Positions 1 to 11,170 of a stretch of 64,000 bases of DNA are shown here, piece by piece (position 1 is the first letter of the stretch; the number at the start of each line of letters is the position of its first letter). Source of the DNA: a virus; IMG/VR virus record IMGVR_UViG_3300025312_000002, positions 1 through 64,000 of that record, one strand, 5' to 3'. The position numbers were made by a program, and so were the translations under genes. Below the pieces are notes generated by a model. The model ran no database searches, had not been told where the DNA came from, and was given only the letters and a program-made list of their open reading frames with translations.

Positions 1-296
1 CACCTGCTGAGTATGCAGAACTTGAATTGAACTTTGAAGTTGTAGGTGCTGAAGCAGATGCTAACTATGCAACATTTACTTTAGGTGTTCCTAACCCATT
101 AAGCAAACTATTCCCTTTGCATAGGTACATTGCTAATCATTGCAATTGGGTTAGTAGATTTAAAGGTGTTGAGTGTGGGTATGCAGGAGCAGCTACGGTT
201 TGTGATGGAACTCTTACAAATTGTAGAATCTTGCTTAACTCAGCAAGGTTTGGAGGATTTATAGGTCTTGATTTAGGAGGAGTGAGATTTGCTTAG
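1..296 (+). CDS. Phage minor tail protein L-like (C-terminal part, truncated by window start)
   Basis: C-terminal Cys pattern (C-W...CGY...CD.T...C...RFGGF) like lambda gpL; directly upstream of NlpC and J genes. Confidence 0.75.
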   Translation, partial: PAEYAELELNFEVVGAEADANYATFTLGVPNPLSKLFPLHRYIANHCNWVSRFKGVECGYAGAATVCDGTLTNCRILLNSARFGGFIGLDLGGVRFA

Positions 297-708
297 ACCT
301 TTTTATTCCTATCTTTTGGAGAAGCCTATTCCTTATGTGCAGGGGGGAACTGACCTTAATGAAGGTTTGAATTGTTATGGGCTATGCAAAGAGTTTTATA
401 AGGGAATGGGGCTAGACATTCCTTATTATAACCATCCAGATGAAAGAAGCTTAATTAACCTAATGTTTGTTAAGGGAATAGAGCTATGTGATACAATAGG
501 CAATCCCGAACCATATTGTATGGCATTATTTGCATTAAGACGCCCTGAACAAATTAACCATATCGGGATTGTTTTAGAGAATAAAGATAATTTTATACAC
601 ATCTTGATTAATAAGTGTGTTTCAATTCAGCGGTTGAGTGATCCTTTTTACAAAGCAAGAATTAAAGGGTTTTATAAATGGAAAAACAATATCAGCTCAT
701 TAAGATAG
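289..708 (+). CDS. NlpC/P60-type tail tip assembly protein (gpK-like)
   Basis: PY..GG.D..GLNCYG and HIGI...FIH motifs; L-K-I/J synteny. Confidence 0.8.
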   Translation: MLRPFYSYLLEKPIPYVQGGTDLNEGLNCYGLCKEFYKGMGLDIPYYNHPDERSLINLMFVKGIELCDTIGNPEPYCMALFALRRPEQINHIGIVLENKDNFIHILINKCVSIQRLSDPFYKARIKGFYKWKNNISSLR

Positions 709-3700
709 AGAATCCTTTCAAAAGGGATTGTAAAATCGTTTCTAACAGGTCAATTTTAGACGATCTTACAATTCTCGATCTCTATTGTGAAGAATTTCCT
801 AATGCACAAGAGGTTACTATATCAGTAAATGGGAAAACCATTGCTTCAGCTCAATGGGAGTATGTGCGTATTAAAGAAGGAGATGAAATTTTAGTTGTTC
901 CTGATATTCAAGGAGGAGGGGACGGTAAAAATCCTCTTGGATCAATTTTAATGATTGTTGTTGCTGCCGTTGCAATCTATACAGGGCAATATTATTTATT
1001 GAAGTATCCTGGTGAATACTTCATGGCTGCTGTTATTACTACATCAATAATGACAGTAGGCTCTAAGTTAGTAAATGCAATTGCTCCAAATACTCCTCCT
1101 TCTCAAACAATGGACGCTTTAGATACAAATTCTTCTCAGACATACTCTTGGAGCCCACAAACTGTTCAACAACAAGGTATTGTAATTCCTAGAATATATG
1201 GATTAAATAAAGTTTATGGAAATGTCATTACAGGATTCCTTGAAAGCACAGGAAATAATTACACAGCTAAGGTTTTAATAGGGCTTGGGTGTGGGCCTAT
1301 CAATAAAGTTTATGATTATAAACTAAATGATCAATTAGTAAAAACGAGTGAAAACGGAGTAGCTTCAACTAATTTTGATGGAACAGAAATCTATGTAAAG
1401 CTTGGAACAGTAAATCAAACGGTTATTCCTGCATTTAATGACACAAAAATAGAGTTTGTTGTTTCTAACGGATTATTACAGTATAATACAGCTTATACAT
1501 ACACAACAAACGGATCTACTTTTGATGGTTTAGAAATTGATGTTTCTTTTCCTCAAGGTCTTTATCATTTTACAGATGCAGGAACATATGAAAATTATTC
1601 TGTTGATGTAAAGGTGGAGATTAAAAAGCAAGGGGATGTTTCTTGGACAAATATCAGCTCTTCTTGGCTTTCTACTGCAACTGTTACAGACGGGGAAGTA
1701 TCAGGAAGATGGTCAAAAGGATATTGGTTTGTAGTGGATGAAGACCCATACTATATATGGGTTGAAAAGGGAATAGATACTAATGTTTATGAAGATCATT
1801 CAGACGGAGAAGCAACGGGAGAGACAGAAAACGGAACTCCTTTGATTTGGTCGTGGGTAAAAGGAAGTATTTACAGTACAGCGGATCTTGTAGTAGGACA
1901 AAATGATTATGCTACTTTACAAGGGAATAAATCAACTTCAATAACAAAAAAATTTATAGCTAAAAGTCTTCCTCATGGAATTTATGATATAAAAGTAACA
2001 AGATTAACAACAGAAAATACTGATATTCGGTATGGGGATAAACTTCATTTTCCAATGGTTAGAGAAGTTTATTATGATGATTTTTCTTATCCTCGGATTG
2101 CTTTAGTTGGAATCAAATCTCTTGCAACACAGCAAATATCAGGCTCATTGAGATTTTCTTGTTTAGTTGAAGGTTTGAAATGTAGGGTTTATAATTCAAG
2201 CACAAGCACATGGAGTGTTGCTTATACAAATAATCCTGCTTGGGTTTGTTGGGATATTCTTACTCAGCCTGTTTTTAATGAGAATGAAACAGTAAATAGA
2301 TATGATGGATATAATCCCGCTTATCTTGATCTTATCAAATTTGCTGAATGGGCTGATTGGTGTGATGAAATTGTAGTAGGAACAAAACGAATTACATTTA
2401 ACGGAATATTTGATAGTCAATTTGATGTTTGGGCTGCTGTTCTTAAAGTATGTGAAACAGGCAGAGCAATTCCTATTTGGAATGGAACTAATATTACGAT
2501 TGTTATTGATAAGGCAGGAACAGAAACACAGCTATTTACAATAGGGAATATAGGAGTTGATTCATTTAAAGAGGTATTTCTTTCTGAAGCTGAACGAGCA
2601 GGAGAAATTGAAATTGATTTTATTAATAGTGAACGGGATTATGAAAAGGATAAATATACTTTAATAAATACAACAATAGGAAAACCTAGTAATAAAGCAT
2701 CAATACAGATGATGGGCATAACTTCTCCTTTAGAAGCTTGGAGAGCTGCTAAATACAAATTGCTTTGTAATCAATATCTTTTGAGGATGATTGAATTTAA
2801 TGCCGATGTTGATGCTATTGCTTGTACTGTAGGGGATATTGTTAGAGTAGGGCATTCTGTTCCTGCGTGGGGAACAGGAGGAAGGGTTGTTTCAGCAACA
2901 ACAAATACTATTACATTGGATCAATCTGTGACGATTGAAGCAGGACATACTTATGAAATACTTGTGAAATTATCTGATGACTCAATTGCTGATAAGGTCA
3001 TTGCTACTTCTATTGCTGGAAACTATACAACTTTAACAATAAGTGGAACATTTGCAACAATTCCTTCTCAGTTTGATGTTTTTACATTTGGAGAAACAAG
3101 CATTTCTTATAAGCCTTTTAGAATTATTGGGATGAGGAAAACTGCTGATCTGCGAATAACTCTTACAGGCATTGAATATAATGAATTAATTTATGATGGA
3201 GATGGAGAGTCTTATATTCAGCCTGCAAATAATTATTCTTCGTTAGAGCCTTTTGTGCAGGTGACTAATTTACAGTTGATGCAGGAAGTAGCTGTTGATA
3301 ATTCAGAAGCATTGATTGCTAATATTACAGCCTTTTGGGCAGTAGGTGATAACACAATATATTCAGGAGCAAAGGTTTATGTTAGAGAAGTACAAGTTGA
3401 TGGGTCTTATACTAATTGGCAATTTGATGGAGAAACAAGAACAACTTCATATCGGGTTAAGAATGTTGTTTTAAGTAAAACATATCAAATTGGAGTTTTA
3501 GGAATTAATTTTACAGGATTAACAGTTCCGTTCACGAGTATTGTAACAGCAAATATTACAATCCAAAGTGATCCTTCGTTCTTTTCAGAGTTTTTGAAGA
3601 AAAGAGTTTCAGGGCTTCAGTTAATTGATGATCCTAACGGAGATGAATTTGACGGGAAGGATTGTAAAATACAATGGAATTCTGTTTCGGGAGTTGATAT

Positions 3701-4364
3701 TTCTGTTGGAGCAGGATATGAGGAAATGGGTGCAGGGTATAGAGGGCCTAATGCTTGGCTTAAAGATTATGAAGTTAAGGTTTTGACTACAGCAGGAGCT
3801 ACTTTAAGTACTCATTATGTACAGGACACAAAATTTGTTTATTCGTTTATTCAGAATAATTTTGATACAGGCAATGTTCCAAATGCTTCATTCAAATTTG
3901 AAGTAAAAGCAAGGAGTAAGCTTTCCGATGTTTCATTGCTTCCGGCACGATTAACTGTAACAAATACTTCTCCTAGTGCTATTACAAATTTAACAACAAA
4001 TGCAACTGTTGGAGGAGTTGTTTTTAGTTGGGATGCAAACACTGAAGAAGATTTGTTGGGGTATTATGTTAGAACAAAAGCAGGTTCAGGAAGTTTTAGT
4101 TCTTGGGAAATTATAACTGATAATAAATATACAAGAATTTTAACAGCAGCAGAAATAACAGCCCAAACAAATAAAGCTTTGGTTTACATTGAAGTTCAAG
4201 CAATTGATGTTTTTAGTCAAGTTTCTTCTTCTGAGACTGCTTCAGCAAAAGCAGACACAATTTCAGATAATATCTTCCAGTTGGTTGCGACGAAATCAGG
4301 TGGAACAGGAAATGCTTCAGATTTATATGATGGGAATAAAACTTCAGGGGGAGTTACAATATGA
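678..4364 (+). CDS. Tail tip/host specificity protein J with fused N-terminal gpI-like (ubiquitin-like) domain
   Basis: 1228 aa; IPRIYG, TNNPAW, C.VGDIV motifs and FN3-like C-terminus; N-terminal ThiS-like segment ending GGG. Confidence 0.9.
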   Translation: MEKQYQLIKIENPFKRDCKIVSNRSILDDLTILDLYCEEFPNAQEVTISVNGKTIASAQWEYVRIKEGDEILVVPDIQGGGDGKNPLGSILMIVVAAVAIYTGQYYLLKYPGEYFMAAVITTSIMTVGSKLVNAIAPNTPPSQTMDALDTNSSQTYSWSPQTVQQQGIVIPRIYGLNKVYGNVITGFLESTGNNYTAKVLIGLGCGPINKVYDYKLNDQLVKTSENGVASTNFDGTEIYVKLGTVNQTVIPAFNDTKIEFVVSNGLLQYNTAYTYTTNGSTFDGLEIDVSFPQGLYHFTDAGTYENYSVDVKVEIKKQGDVSWTNISSSWLSTATVTDGEVSGRWSKGYWFVVDEDPYYIWVEKGIDTNVYEDHSDGEATGETENGTPLIWSWVKGSIYSTADLVVGQNDYATLQGNKSTSITKKFIAKSLPHGIYDIKVTRLTTENTDIRYGDKLHFPMVREVYYDDFSYPRIALVGIKSLATQQISGSLRFSCLVEGLKCRVYNSSTSTWSVAYTNNPAWVCWDILTQPVFNENETVNRYDGYNPAYLDLIKFAEWADWCDEIVVGTKRITFNGIFDSQFDVWAAVLKVCETGRAIPIWNGTNITIVIDKAGTETQLFTIGNIGVDSFKEVFLSEAERAGEIEIDFINSERDYEKDKYTLINTTIGKPSNKASIQMMGITSPLEAWRAAKYKLLCNQYLLRMIEFNADVDAIACTVGDIVRVGHSVPAWGTGGRVVSATTNTITLDQSVTIEAGHTYEILVKLSDDSIADKVIATSIAGNYTTLTISGTFATIPSQFDVFTFGETSISYKPFRIIGMRKTADLRITLTGIEYNELIYDGDGESYIQPANNYSSLEPFVQVTNLQLMQEVAVDNSEALIANITAFWAVGDNTIYSGAKVYVREVQVDGSYTNWQFDGETRTTSYRVKNVVLSKTYQIGVLGINFTGLTVPFTSIVTANITIQSDPSFFSEFLKKRVSGLQLIDDPNGDEFDGKDCKIQWNSVSGVDISVGAGYEEMGAGYRGPNAWLKDYEVKVLTTAGATLSTHYVQDTKFVYSFIQNNFDTGNVPNASFKFEVKARSKLSDVSLLPARLTVTNTSPSAITNLTTNATVGGVVFSWDANTEEDLLGYYVRTKAGSGSFSSWEIITDNKYTRILTAAEITAQTNKALVYIEVQAIDVFSQVSSSETASAKADTISDNIFQLVATKSGGTGNASDLYDGNKTSGGVTI

Positions 4365-7300
4365 CCTGGGTTAATGTAGAAAATGTATATCCAAACTCTC
4401 ATCTTTTTCATAAGGAATTGTTTTGGGTTGATAAAAACTGTAATTGCTATTTTGCTTTCAAATTGAATGAGGTTGATGATTGGACATTTTATGCAGGCAA
4501 TGCTGCTCATGCTTTAGATACAGGAAGCTACCTTACTTCATATGGAACATCTGAAGCTTTAGCACAAACAAACTACTTAACGACAGTTAGAGATAGCAAT
4601 GGGAAAGTGTTGGCTATCCTTCCTGCTAATTTTCAAGCAAAGTATGTAAGGATTTACATTGAATCAGGGAATACTACTACTATACATGAATGGCAGCCTT
4701 CAATATATATTACAGCACATGAGATTATATCTGGAACATTAGAAATCACTGATCTATTAACAGACGCTCCCTTAATTAAAGTAGTTGCTTCTTCTATTGA
4801 CAGAATTAAAATAGGAAAAGTAGGTTCTGCTTATGGGTTATTTGGATATGACGGGTCAAGTAATAAAGTATTTGAAATTTCTGATTCCTTAATTAATATT
4901 GCAGGATGGTCAATAAATGCAGCTTACTTAGCTAAGGACACGGGGATTGATTCTACATCTTCAGGCATGTCACCTACTGATTTTCCTTTTTATGCAGGTT
5001 CCACTTATGCTAATAGAGCTACAGCACCTTTTAGAGTAGAACCTTCAGGAGCTTTGACTGCAACTTCAGCAACTATATCAGGAACGATAACTGCAACTTT
5101 AGGATATGTTGGAGGGTGGGTTGTTGATGCCACATCTATTAAAGATGCTGCTGGTACAGTCGGGTTATCGTCTGCTGTTACAGGAGGAGATGACATACGG
5201 TTTTTTGCAGGCCATATCACACCTGCTTCTGCTCCTTTTAAAGTAACTGAGGCAGGTGTTCTTACTGCTACTTCGGGAAATATAGGGGGTTGGTCTTTAG
5301 GAGCAACTTCTTTGACAGGAACGGGAATTACATTCTCAAGTACAGGAGATGCTTATTTAGCTATTGGGACAACTCCTCCGACATCACCAACTGTTGGAAC
5401 AGGAATTTTTATTAATAAGACAGGGCTATTTGGATTAAATGCAAATAACCCAAGATTTAAAATACTTGAAGACGGATCAGGTTTTCTTGGAGCTTCAGAT
5501 GTTTTATCTTGGACTACTGCTGGGGTTACTTCCCTTTCTGGCTTTGGGCTCACTGCTTCTGATTTGACAAAAACAGCTTCAGGGAATACTACAATAGTTT
5601 CTTCTGGAGCAACAGCATTTACAGCCGGTCCGACAGGTTCGCCAACATTTACTGTTACCCAAGCAGGTGTTCTTACTGCTACTTCGGGATATATAGGTGG
5701 AGCTACAAACGGATGGGCAATAACAGCAGGATTATTGACTGCTATAGGAACAGGAATTATTCAAACTTCTGCAACAGCGAACACAGGAATCAAACTAGAT
5801 TCTACTTCTATTAGAGGATATAATGGAACTGCTCAAACAATAAACATTGCTGCTGATGGTTCTGGATGGTTAGGGTTGACAGGAACACGAGCATTGTCGT
5901 GGACAACTGCTGGTGTTGCTACTATCGGTGGTTACACAACAACAGCAACAGCTTTATATGCAGGCACAACTTCTACAAGAATACAATTGGACACTACTGC
6001 CGGTATTCACTTAGGCGCAACTGCTTTTGCTGACGCTCCCTTTAGGGTGTCGTTAGCAGGTGATTTAGTTGCAACATCAGCTAATATCACAGGAATAATA
6101 ACAGCAACTTCTGGCTCTTTTACTGGAACAGTCAATGCTACTTTTGGCAAATTCGGAACATCGACAAATTATTGGGGCGTTGGTGCAACTGGATTAACTG
6201 CGACTTCAGCATCTACAGATGTAATAATCAATTATGGAAAAACAGATTTTGATAATACCATTTCTGGATTTATTTTGGGGTATGACTTCTCTGCATCAGC
6301 AGCTAAATTCTATGTTGGTGATGCAACTTCTTATCTGAATTGGGATGGAACAGCTTTAACTTATACTAAAGGTACATTAATTGAAACTATTATCCAAATG
6401 TACACTTCTGTTGCTTCATTAGCTACTTCTGCAACTGCTGGTGATGGATCAGCTAATTCGGCTGGAATCAAGATTACTTATGAGGGATTGTTCGGATGTG
6501 GAGCAAATCAGACGGCTACTTTGGCAGCAGCAAATGCTAATGTGAGAATATTGGCAACGGGGGCTGCAATCCTAACTGATGTTACTTTAACAACTTCAGC
6601 AGTAAACGCAATCACAGTTAATTATGGTTCTAATGTTTTATTGAAAGAGGGGGGGTCACTTCGTTTTACTTCTGTAGCTGCACCAGGTGCTTGCACAGCA
6701 ACTTTAGTAGCAACAGGAACAGGCAACGTCACTGACGGAAGCCACGAGTATTGTATCACATTTGTAACTGCAACTGGAGAAACTAGTATAGGAACAACGT
6801 CTAACTCGGTTACTGTTGATGCTTCCCATAAACAGATAGACTTAACAAGCATTCCTGTTAGTAGTTCCTCTTCTGTTACAGCGAGGAAGATTTACCGGAC
6901 TTTAGCAGGAGGTTCAATACATTTTTATCTTGCGACTATTAGTGATAACACAACTACTGTTTATACGGATAATATTGCAGACGGTAGTTTGGGGACATAT
7001 TCGTGGGATACAAGACAAAACGATACATTCGGCAAAATAATTAATGATTCAATTGAGGTTTTTAGTGTTGGAAGCACAAACACCCTTTTGGGGTATAATA
7101 CAGCACAGGCAACAAATCTTGGGAAGAATATAACTTTTATAGGAGCAAATGCAGGATATTCTAATACTATAGGTGGTGCTTCGGTTGCTGTTGGCGGAAA
7201 TGCTCTTTATTATAACATTACAGGCAATTATAATGCTTGTGTTGGTTATGATTCTTTAAAAAAAGCAACTGCTTCGGGCAATGCTGCTATTGGTGCTTAT

Positions 7301-7795
7301 TCGGGATGGGCTATAACGTCTGGAACAAATAATGTTTTTCTTGGATATGGTGCGGGCCAGAATAGTCAATTAGCAACGGCAACAAATAGTGTTGCAATCG
7401 GATATAATACAGCAACATCTGCATCTAATCAAATAGTGCTTGGAAATAGTTCTGTTGTTGAAACTTTGTTACAAGGCAATATTCTTATTGGAATAACAGC
7501 AGTAGGCACATCGGCTGCGAAAGTATTGGGAATAGGCAGTGGAACCACACCTACGACTGCACCCGCTAATATTGCTCAATTGTGGGTAGAGGACATCAAT
7601 GCTGCTGCCGGTTATGCCGGCTTCCATATGCGAGTAGAAACCAACAACACTAAGCTAGTTGTACCAGGAGTTGCAATCAAGACTGATGCAGGACAAACAG
7701 CGAATCCGTTTGAAGGTTTAATTGAAATCAACACAAACGAGAACAAAATTTATATATATGGAGATGCAGGATGGAGACAAATCGCAACATGGTAA
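4361..7795 (+). CDS. Long tail fibre protein
   Basis: Gly/Thr/Ala-rich with repeated APFRV..G.LTATSG.IGGW units and N..IG beta-roll repeats near the C-terminus. Confidence 0.8.
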   Translation: MTWVNVENVYPNSHLFHKELFWVDKNCNCYFAFKLNEVDDWTFYAGNAAHALDTGSYLTSYGTSEALAQTNYLTTVRDSNGKVLAILPANFQAKYVRIYIESGNTTTIHEWQPSIYITAHEIISGTLEITDLLTDAPLIKVVASSIDRIKIGKVGSAYGLFGYDGSSNKVFEISDSLINIAGWSINAAYLAKDTGIDSTSSGMSPTDFPFYAGSTYANRATAPFRVEPSGALTATSATISGTITATLGYVGGWVVDATSIKDAAGTVGLSSAVTGGDDIRFFAGHITPASAPFKVTEAGVLTATSGNIGGWSLGATSLTGTGITFSSTGDAYLAIGTTPPTSPTVGTGIFINKTGLFGLNANNPRFKILEDGSGFLGASDVLSWTTAGVTSLSGFGLTASDLTKTASGNTTIVSSGATAFTAGPTGSPTFTVTQAGVLTATSGYIGGATNGWAITAGLLTAIGTGIIQTSATANTGIKLDSTSIRGYNGTAQTINIAADGSGWLGLTGTRALSWTTAGVATIGGYTTTATALYAGTTSTRIQLDTTAGIHLGATAFADAPFRVSLAGDLVATSANITGIITATSGSFTGTVNATFGKFGTSTNYWGVGATGLTATSASTDVIINYGKTDFDNTISGFILGYDFSASAAKFYVGDATSYLNWDGTALTYTKGTLIETIIQMYTSVASLATSATAGDGSANSAGIKITYEGLFGCGANQTATLAAANANVRILATGAAILTDVTLTTSAVNAITVNYGSNVLLKEGGSLRFTSVAAPGACTATLVATGTGNVTDGSHEYCITFVTATGETSIGTTSNSVTVDASHKQIDLTSIPVSSSSSVTARKIYRTLAGGSIHFYLATISDNTTTVYTDNIADGSLGTYSWDTRQNDTFGKIINDSIEVFSVGSTNTLLGYNTAQATNLGKNITFIGANAGYSNTIGGASVAVGGNALYYNITGNYNACVGYDSLKKATASGNAAIGAYSGWAITSGTNNVFLGYGAGQNSQLATATNSVAIGYNTATSASNQIVLGNSSVVETLLQGNILIGITAVGTSAAKVLGIGSGTTPTTAPANIAQLWVEDINAAAGYAGFHMRVETNNTKLVVPGVAIKTDAGQTANPFEGLIEINTNENKIYIYGDAGWRQIATW

Positions 7796-7797
7796 AC

Positions 7798-8139
7798 TTA
7801 TTCTTCCTTTCTAAGTTTTTTTACATAGTTAATGATGCTCCATTCAGTAAGAGGAGTAAAGAGGTCTTGATTCCCTACATAACAATCTTCACCCATCATA
7901 TAAAGCCATTGCCATTCTTCATTAATTTTTGCTTTAGCTTGAGCATGAGAAATTGTTTGAGGAAATGCTTTTGTTGGGCCAGTAACAATAATTGTTTCAT
8001 ATTTTTCAGCAGCTTCAAGAGCACAATAAACAGCTCGATTTCTGCAATTTCCAAGCGGATCAAAAAGGATAGGGTGATTGCATCCAATAGTGATAATAAC
8101 AGTAATCAAAGCAAAAACAACAATCATAGCTTTTTTCAT
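7798..8139 (-). CDS. Putative lipoprotein (moron-like, antisense to tail genes)
   Basis: MKK + hydrophobic stretch + lipobox-like TIGC. Confidence 0.55.
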   Translation of the reverse strand: MKKAMIVVFALITVIITIGCNHPILFDPLGNCRNRAVYCALEAAEKYETIIVTGPTKAFPQTISHAQAKAKINEEWQWLYMMGEDCYVGNQDLFTPLTEWSIINYVKKLRKEE

Positions 8140-8202
8140 ACTTTAATTTCCTATTTAATTAACTATAGCATAATTTTTCAATTATTAGAAAAACATTTTA
8201 AC

Positions 8203-8231
8203 TTGACGATGGTACTATAGTAAAGTAAAAT
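8203..8231 (+). promoter_or_regulatory. Sigma70-type promoter for the second fibre/lysis genes
   Basis: TTGACG-N17-TAAAAT followed by AAGGAG RBS. Confidence 0.65.
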
Positions 8232-8250
8232 AAAAGACAAGGAGAATCAC

Positions 8251-10167
8251 ATGAGCCAATATCGCTTGGGTACAATTAAGATGATCAATGGCGATGCTAC
8301 TGTCGAAGGAACAGGAACATCTTGGTCTGGAGAAATTGACATTTCCGATCTTTTTAAAGCAAAAGATGAGGATGTTATTTATCAGGTAGCTTCAGTGACA
8401 AACAATACAAATCTTGAATTGTCAACACCATATTCAGGAATAACAAGATCAGGGGAATTATATCAAATCAATCGGGATTTTACTCCTAATTTAAATCTTC
8501 CTTTAATAAGTGCAGGAGATATTGATTGGCCTGCTTTTCTTAATAATGCAATTACTTTGATTGATGCAAGGATAAATCAATCATTGCTTACTTCTTCTTC
8601 CCCCACATATGTAGGAGTAACTTTAAGCGGGTTGACAGCTTCTCTTCCTGTATTTACTAATGCTTCTAAAGCCCTTGTTTCTAATCCTATGACAGGAACA
8701 GGCAGTGTTGTAATGTCTATTTCTCCTGCTCTCGTCACTCCTGCCCTTGGCACCCCTTCGTCAGGCGTGTTATCAAATTGCACCGCTGGGACTGAAGGAG
8801 CCAAAGGCGTGCTTGCTTTAGCCACAACCGCAGAGGTTGTTACCGGCACAGACACAGCAAAGGCTGTTACTGCTGCTGGGGTACAAGCAAAGATCGCCTC
8901 CTCCATCTCCGACGGCGACACAACCCATGCTCCGGATGGGAATTCTGTCTTTGATGCACTGGCACTGAAGGCACCATTAGCGAGTCCCACATTTACAACT
9001 CAGATTACCACTCCCGTAGTTTATGGATCATCTGCCGCCGATGGAGATATTACCATTGAAGGGACATCATCAGCAACGAAGACGACTAGTTATGTAATCT
9101 TACAACCAACAACCGGCAACGTCAGCATCGGGACGACGGCAAATGCTTGGGATGGAAAGTTAGGAGTACATACAGCAACAACAAATAAAACAGCCTTTGT
9201 CGTCTACTCAAATAGTTCAAATACTGTCCCGTTAGCGAGAATACATCAGGATGGGTCTGCTGCAAGCGGCGATGCTCTATGGATAGATAATGACGGAAGA
9301 GGATTGTCGTTAGATGTGGTTAAGGGAACATCTTATTTCGGCGGCAATGTCGCCGTCGGGACGACGGACTTAGACGGAACACCTGCTGTGGGTCAACTTA
9401 CTGTCAAGGGAGCCACCGCTGACGGCTCTACTCTTATCTTCGTAGGTCGTGATTCTGCTGAAGCTAACGTAATCACCATCGACACTGATGGAGACATCCT
9501 CAACTCTGCTGGCGTGTATGGAACCATCTCAGATGAAAAGGTTAAGGACAACATCAGGGATGCAACCGCAAAGTTATCCGACATTCTGAAACTCAAGGTT
9601 AGAAACTTCAACCTTATCGGTAGCGATCTTAAGCAGATCGGCCTGGTAGCGCAGGAGATGGAAACAGTATTCCCCGGCCTTGTCAAAAGTGCCCCTGATA
9701 TGGAGCGTGTTCCCGACCCCGACTGGAAGCCGTCCATTAAGACCCGACAAGTGGAAGAAGTTTCTGAGGTGGAAAAAATCAAGACCGAGATCGTTGAGGT
9801 TGAGGGAAAGTATGTCAGAAAGACCATCACAACTACAGTAGAAAAGAAAACTCCTCTGTTTGATATTTTTCCGCTTTACGACGAAGAAGGCAATCAGATA
9901 TTCGACACGATTCCGGGAAAGCCCGAAGTGCTTGATGAAAATGGAAATGTTCTTGAACCTGTAACACCGGATGTCATTACCCCTGTACTACACCGAGTTC
10001 CTCGGACGGAAGAATATACTGAAGATGAATCCGACAGACCCATGATTCTCAGACCTACTGGAACGGTAACGAAGGCAATTAAGCAATCTGTTCTTATCCC
10101 GATCCTGTTGAAGGCTGTGCAGGAATTGGCCGCTGAAGTTGCGACACTAAAGAAAGCAAGGAAATAA
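8251..10167 (+). CDS. Tail fibre with C-terminal intramolecular chaperone (peptidase S74-like)
   Basis: N-terminal V.G.GT.W anchor; SDEKVKDNI...IGLVAQEME...LLKAVQEL chaperone motifs. Confidence 0.85.
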   Translation: MSQYRLGTIKMINGDATVEGTGTSWSGEIDISDLFKAKDEDVIYQVASVTNNTNLELSTPYSGITRSGELYQINRDFTPNLNLPLISAGDIDWPAFLNNAITLIDARINQSLLTSSSPTYVGVTLSGLTASLPVFTNASKALVSNPMTGTGSVVMSISPALVTPALGTPSSGVLSNCTAGTEGAKGVLALATTAEVVTGTDTAKAVTAAGVQAKIASSISDGDTTHAPDGNSVFDALALKAPLASPTFTTQITTPVVYGSSAADGDITIEGTSSATKTTSYVILQPTTGNVSIGTTANAWDGKLGVHTATTNKTAFVVYSNSSNTVPLARIHQDGSAASGDALWIDNDGRGLSLDVVKGTSYFGGNVAVGTTDLDGTPAVGQLTVKGATADGSTLIFVGRDSAEANVITIDTDGDILNSAGVYGTISDEKVKDNIRDATAKLSDILKLKVRNFNLIGSDLKQIGLVAQEMETVFPGLVKSAPDMERVPDPDWKPSIKTRQVEEVSEVEKIKTEIVEVEGKYVRKTITTTVEKKTPLFDIFPLYDEEGNQIFDTIPGKPEVLDENGNVLEPVTPDVITPVLHRVPRTEEYTEDESDRPMILRPTGTVTKAIKQSVLIPILLKAVQELAAEVATLKKARK

Positions 10168-10613
10168 TGGATAAATACAACCACTGGCTAGGGAAGTTAT
10201 TCAGCAGATTATTCAACAATGGAAAACCCTATGCGGTTACTGCCATTATTTGTGCGTGTTTGCTGTCCTCCTGTGCAACAATGCAGGAAGCAAACAAGAA
10301 AGGCACGTGGACGCACGCAGACACAACTGTTCTCGTAGTTGGCACTATCGTCTCTGCTATGGATTGGAGCCAGACCCTGCACATAGCGGACTATCCCAAT
10401 GATCACAGGGAAATGAACACGCTCATGGGAGGGAATGGGCACCCATCCAGGGGCCAGGTTAACACCTACTTTGCCCTTAATTTATTTGTTCTCCAACCCA
10501 TCGTGCTTTACTTTTGCCCACCGAACTGGAGACGATACATCATAGGGGGCAATGCAGCAGTTGAAGGCACAATGGTCTTGCATAATCAGGGAAAGGGGAT
10601 TCACCCGTTTTGA
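10167..10613 (+). CDS. Membrane/lipoprotein-like hypothetical protein
   Basis: LLSSC lipobox-like segment and hydrophobic helices; D...T and E.N.L.G motifs. Confidence 0.55.
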   Translation: MDKYNHWLGKLFSRLFNNGKPYAVTAIICACLLSSCATMQEANKKGTWTHADTTVLVVGTIVSAMDWSQTLHIADYPNDHREMNTLMGGNGHPSRGQVNTYFALNLFVLQPIVLYFCPPNWRRYIIGGNAAVEGTMVLHNQGKGIHPF

Positions 10614-10645
10614 GTTAACATCTTTGACTTGAGGAGGACGATGTA

Positions 10646-10981
10646 ATGGCGACAGAATACGAGACACTTTTAAGCACAATGCACGACGGCTTTCACGGGG
10701 TACACAACCGGATAGATGCCTTTAACGCTGAGTTCAATAATCATCGGCTATCCTGCGCAAAGTTGTTTGAGGAAATTCACTTAGACGAGGCTAACCGAAA
10801 AGGGATAGCGACGGCAACAGCTAATGCCTTGAAAATCCATGAAGAAAACAAGGCAGTAGAACTAAGAAACCGAATTAATGTGGGTACGGTAAAGACGTAC
10901 ATAGTCGGGCTGCTCTTGGGGGTGATAACTCTTGGGGCGCTGAAAATCCTTTTCACAAACCTTGGACAATGGAAATGGTAG
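10646..10981 (+). CDS. Coiled-coil protein with C-terminal TM helix (lysis-module protein)
   Basis: GGAGG RBS; single C-terminal hydrophobic helix; upstream of endolysin. Confidence 0.55.
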   Translation: MATEYETLLSTMHDGFHGVHNRIDAFNAEFNNHRLSCAKLFEEIHLDEANRKGIATATANALKIHEENKAVELRNRINVGTVKTYIVGLLLGVITLGALKILFTNLGQWKW

Positions 10982-11170
10982 AGGAGGCCAAAGTGGAAAT
11001 TACAACTCATAACCAACCGTGGAGCGAGCAGTGGAACAGGCGTCTCTGTACGAATGGAGACGAGGTTGTATTTATAACCTATAGCAACAAGACCCTTAGT
11101 TCTAGTCTCATAAAAACAACCAATATATGCGCGCCCATCAAGGCGTTTGTTGCGTGGGAGAGGCCTTAAA

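Noticed and set aside
4361-10167. Diversity-generating retroelement or invertible fibre system
   Set aside because: No reverse transcriptase or invertase in the window and no TR/VR pair seen; the 27-bp repeat at ~5252/5663 is an internal protein repeat
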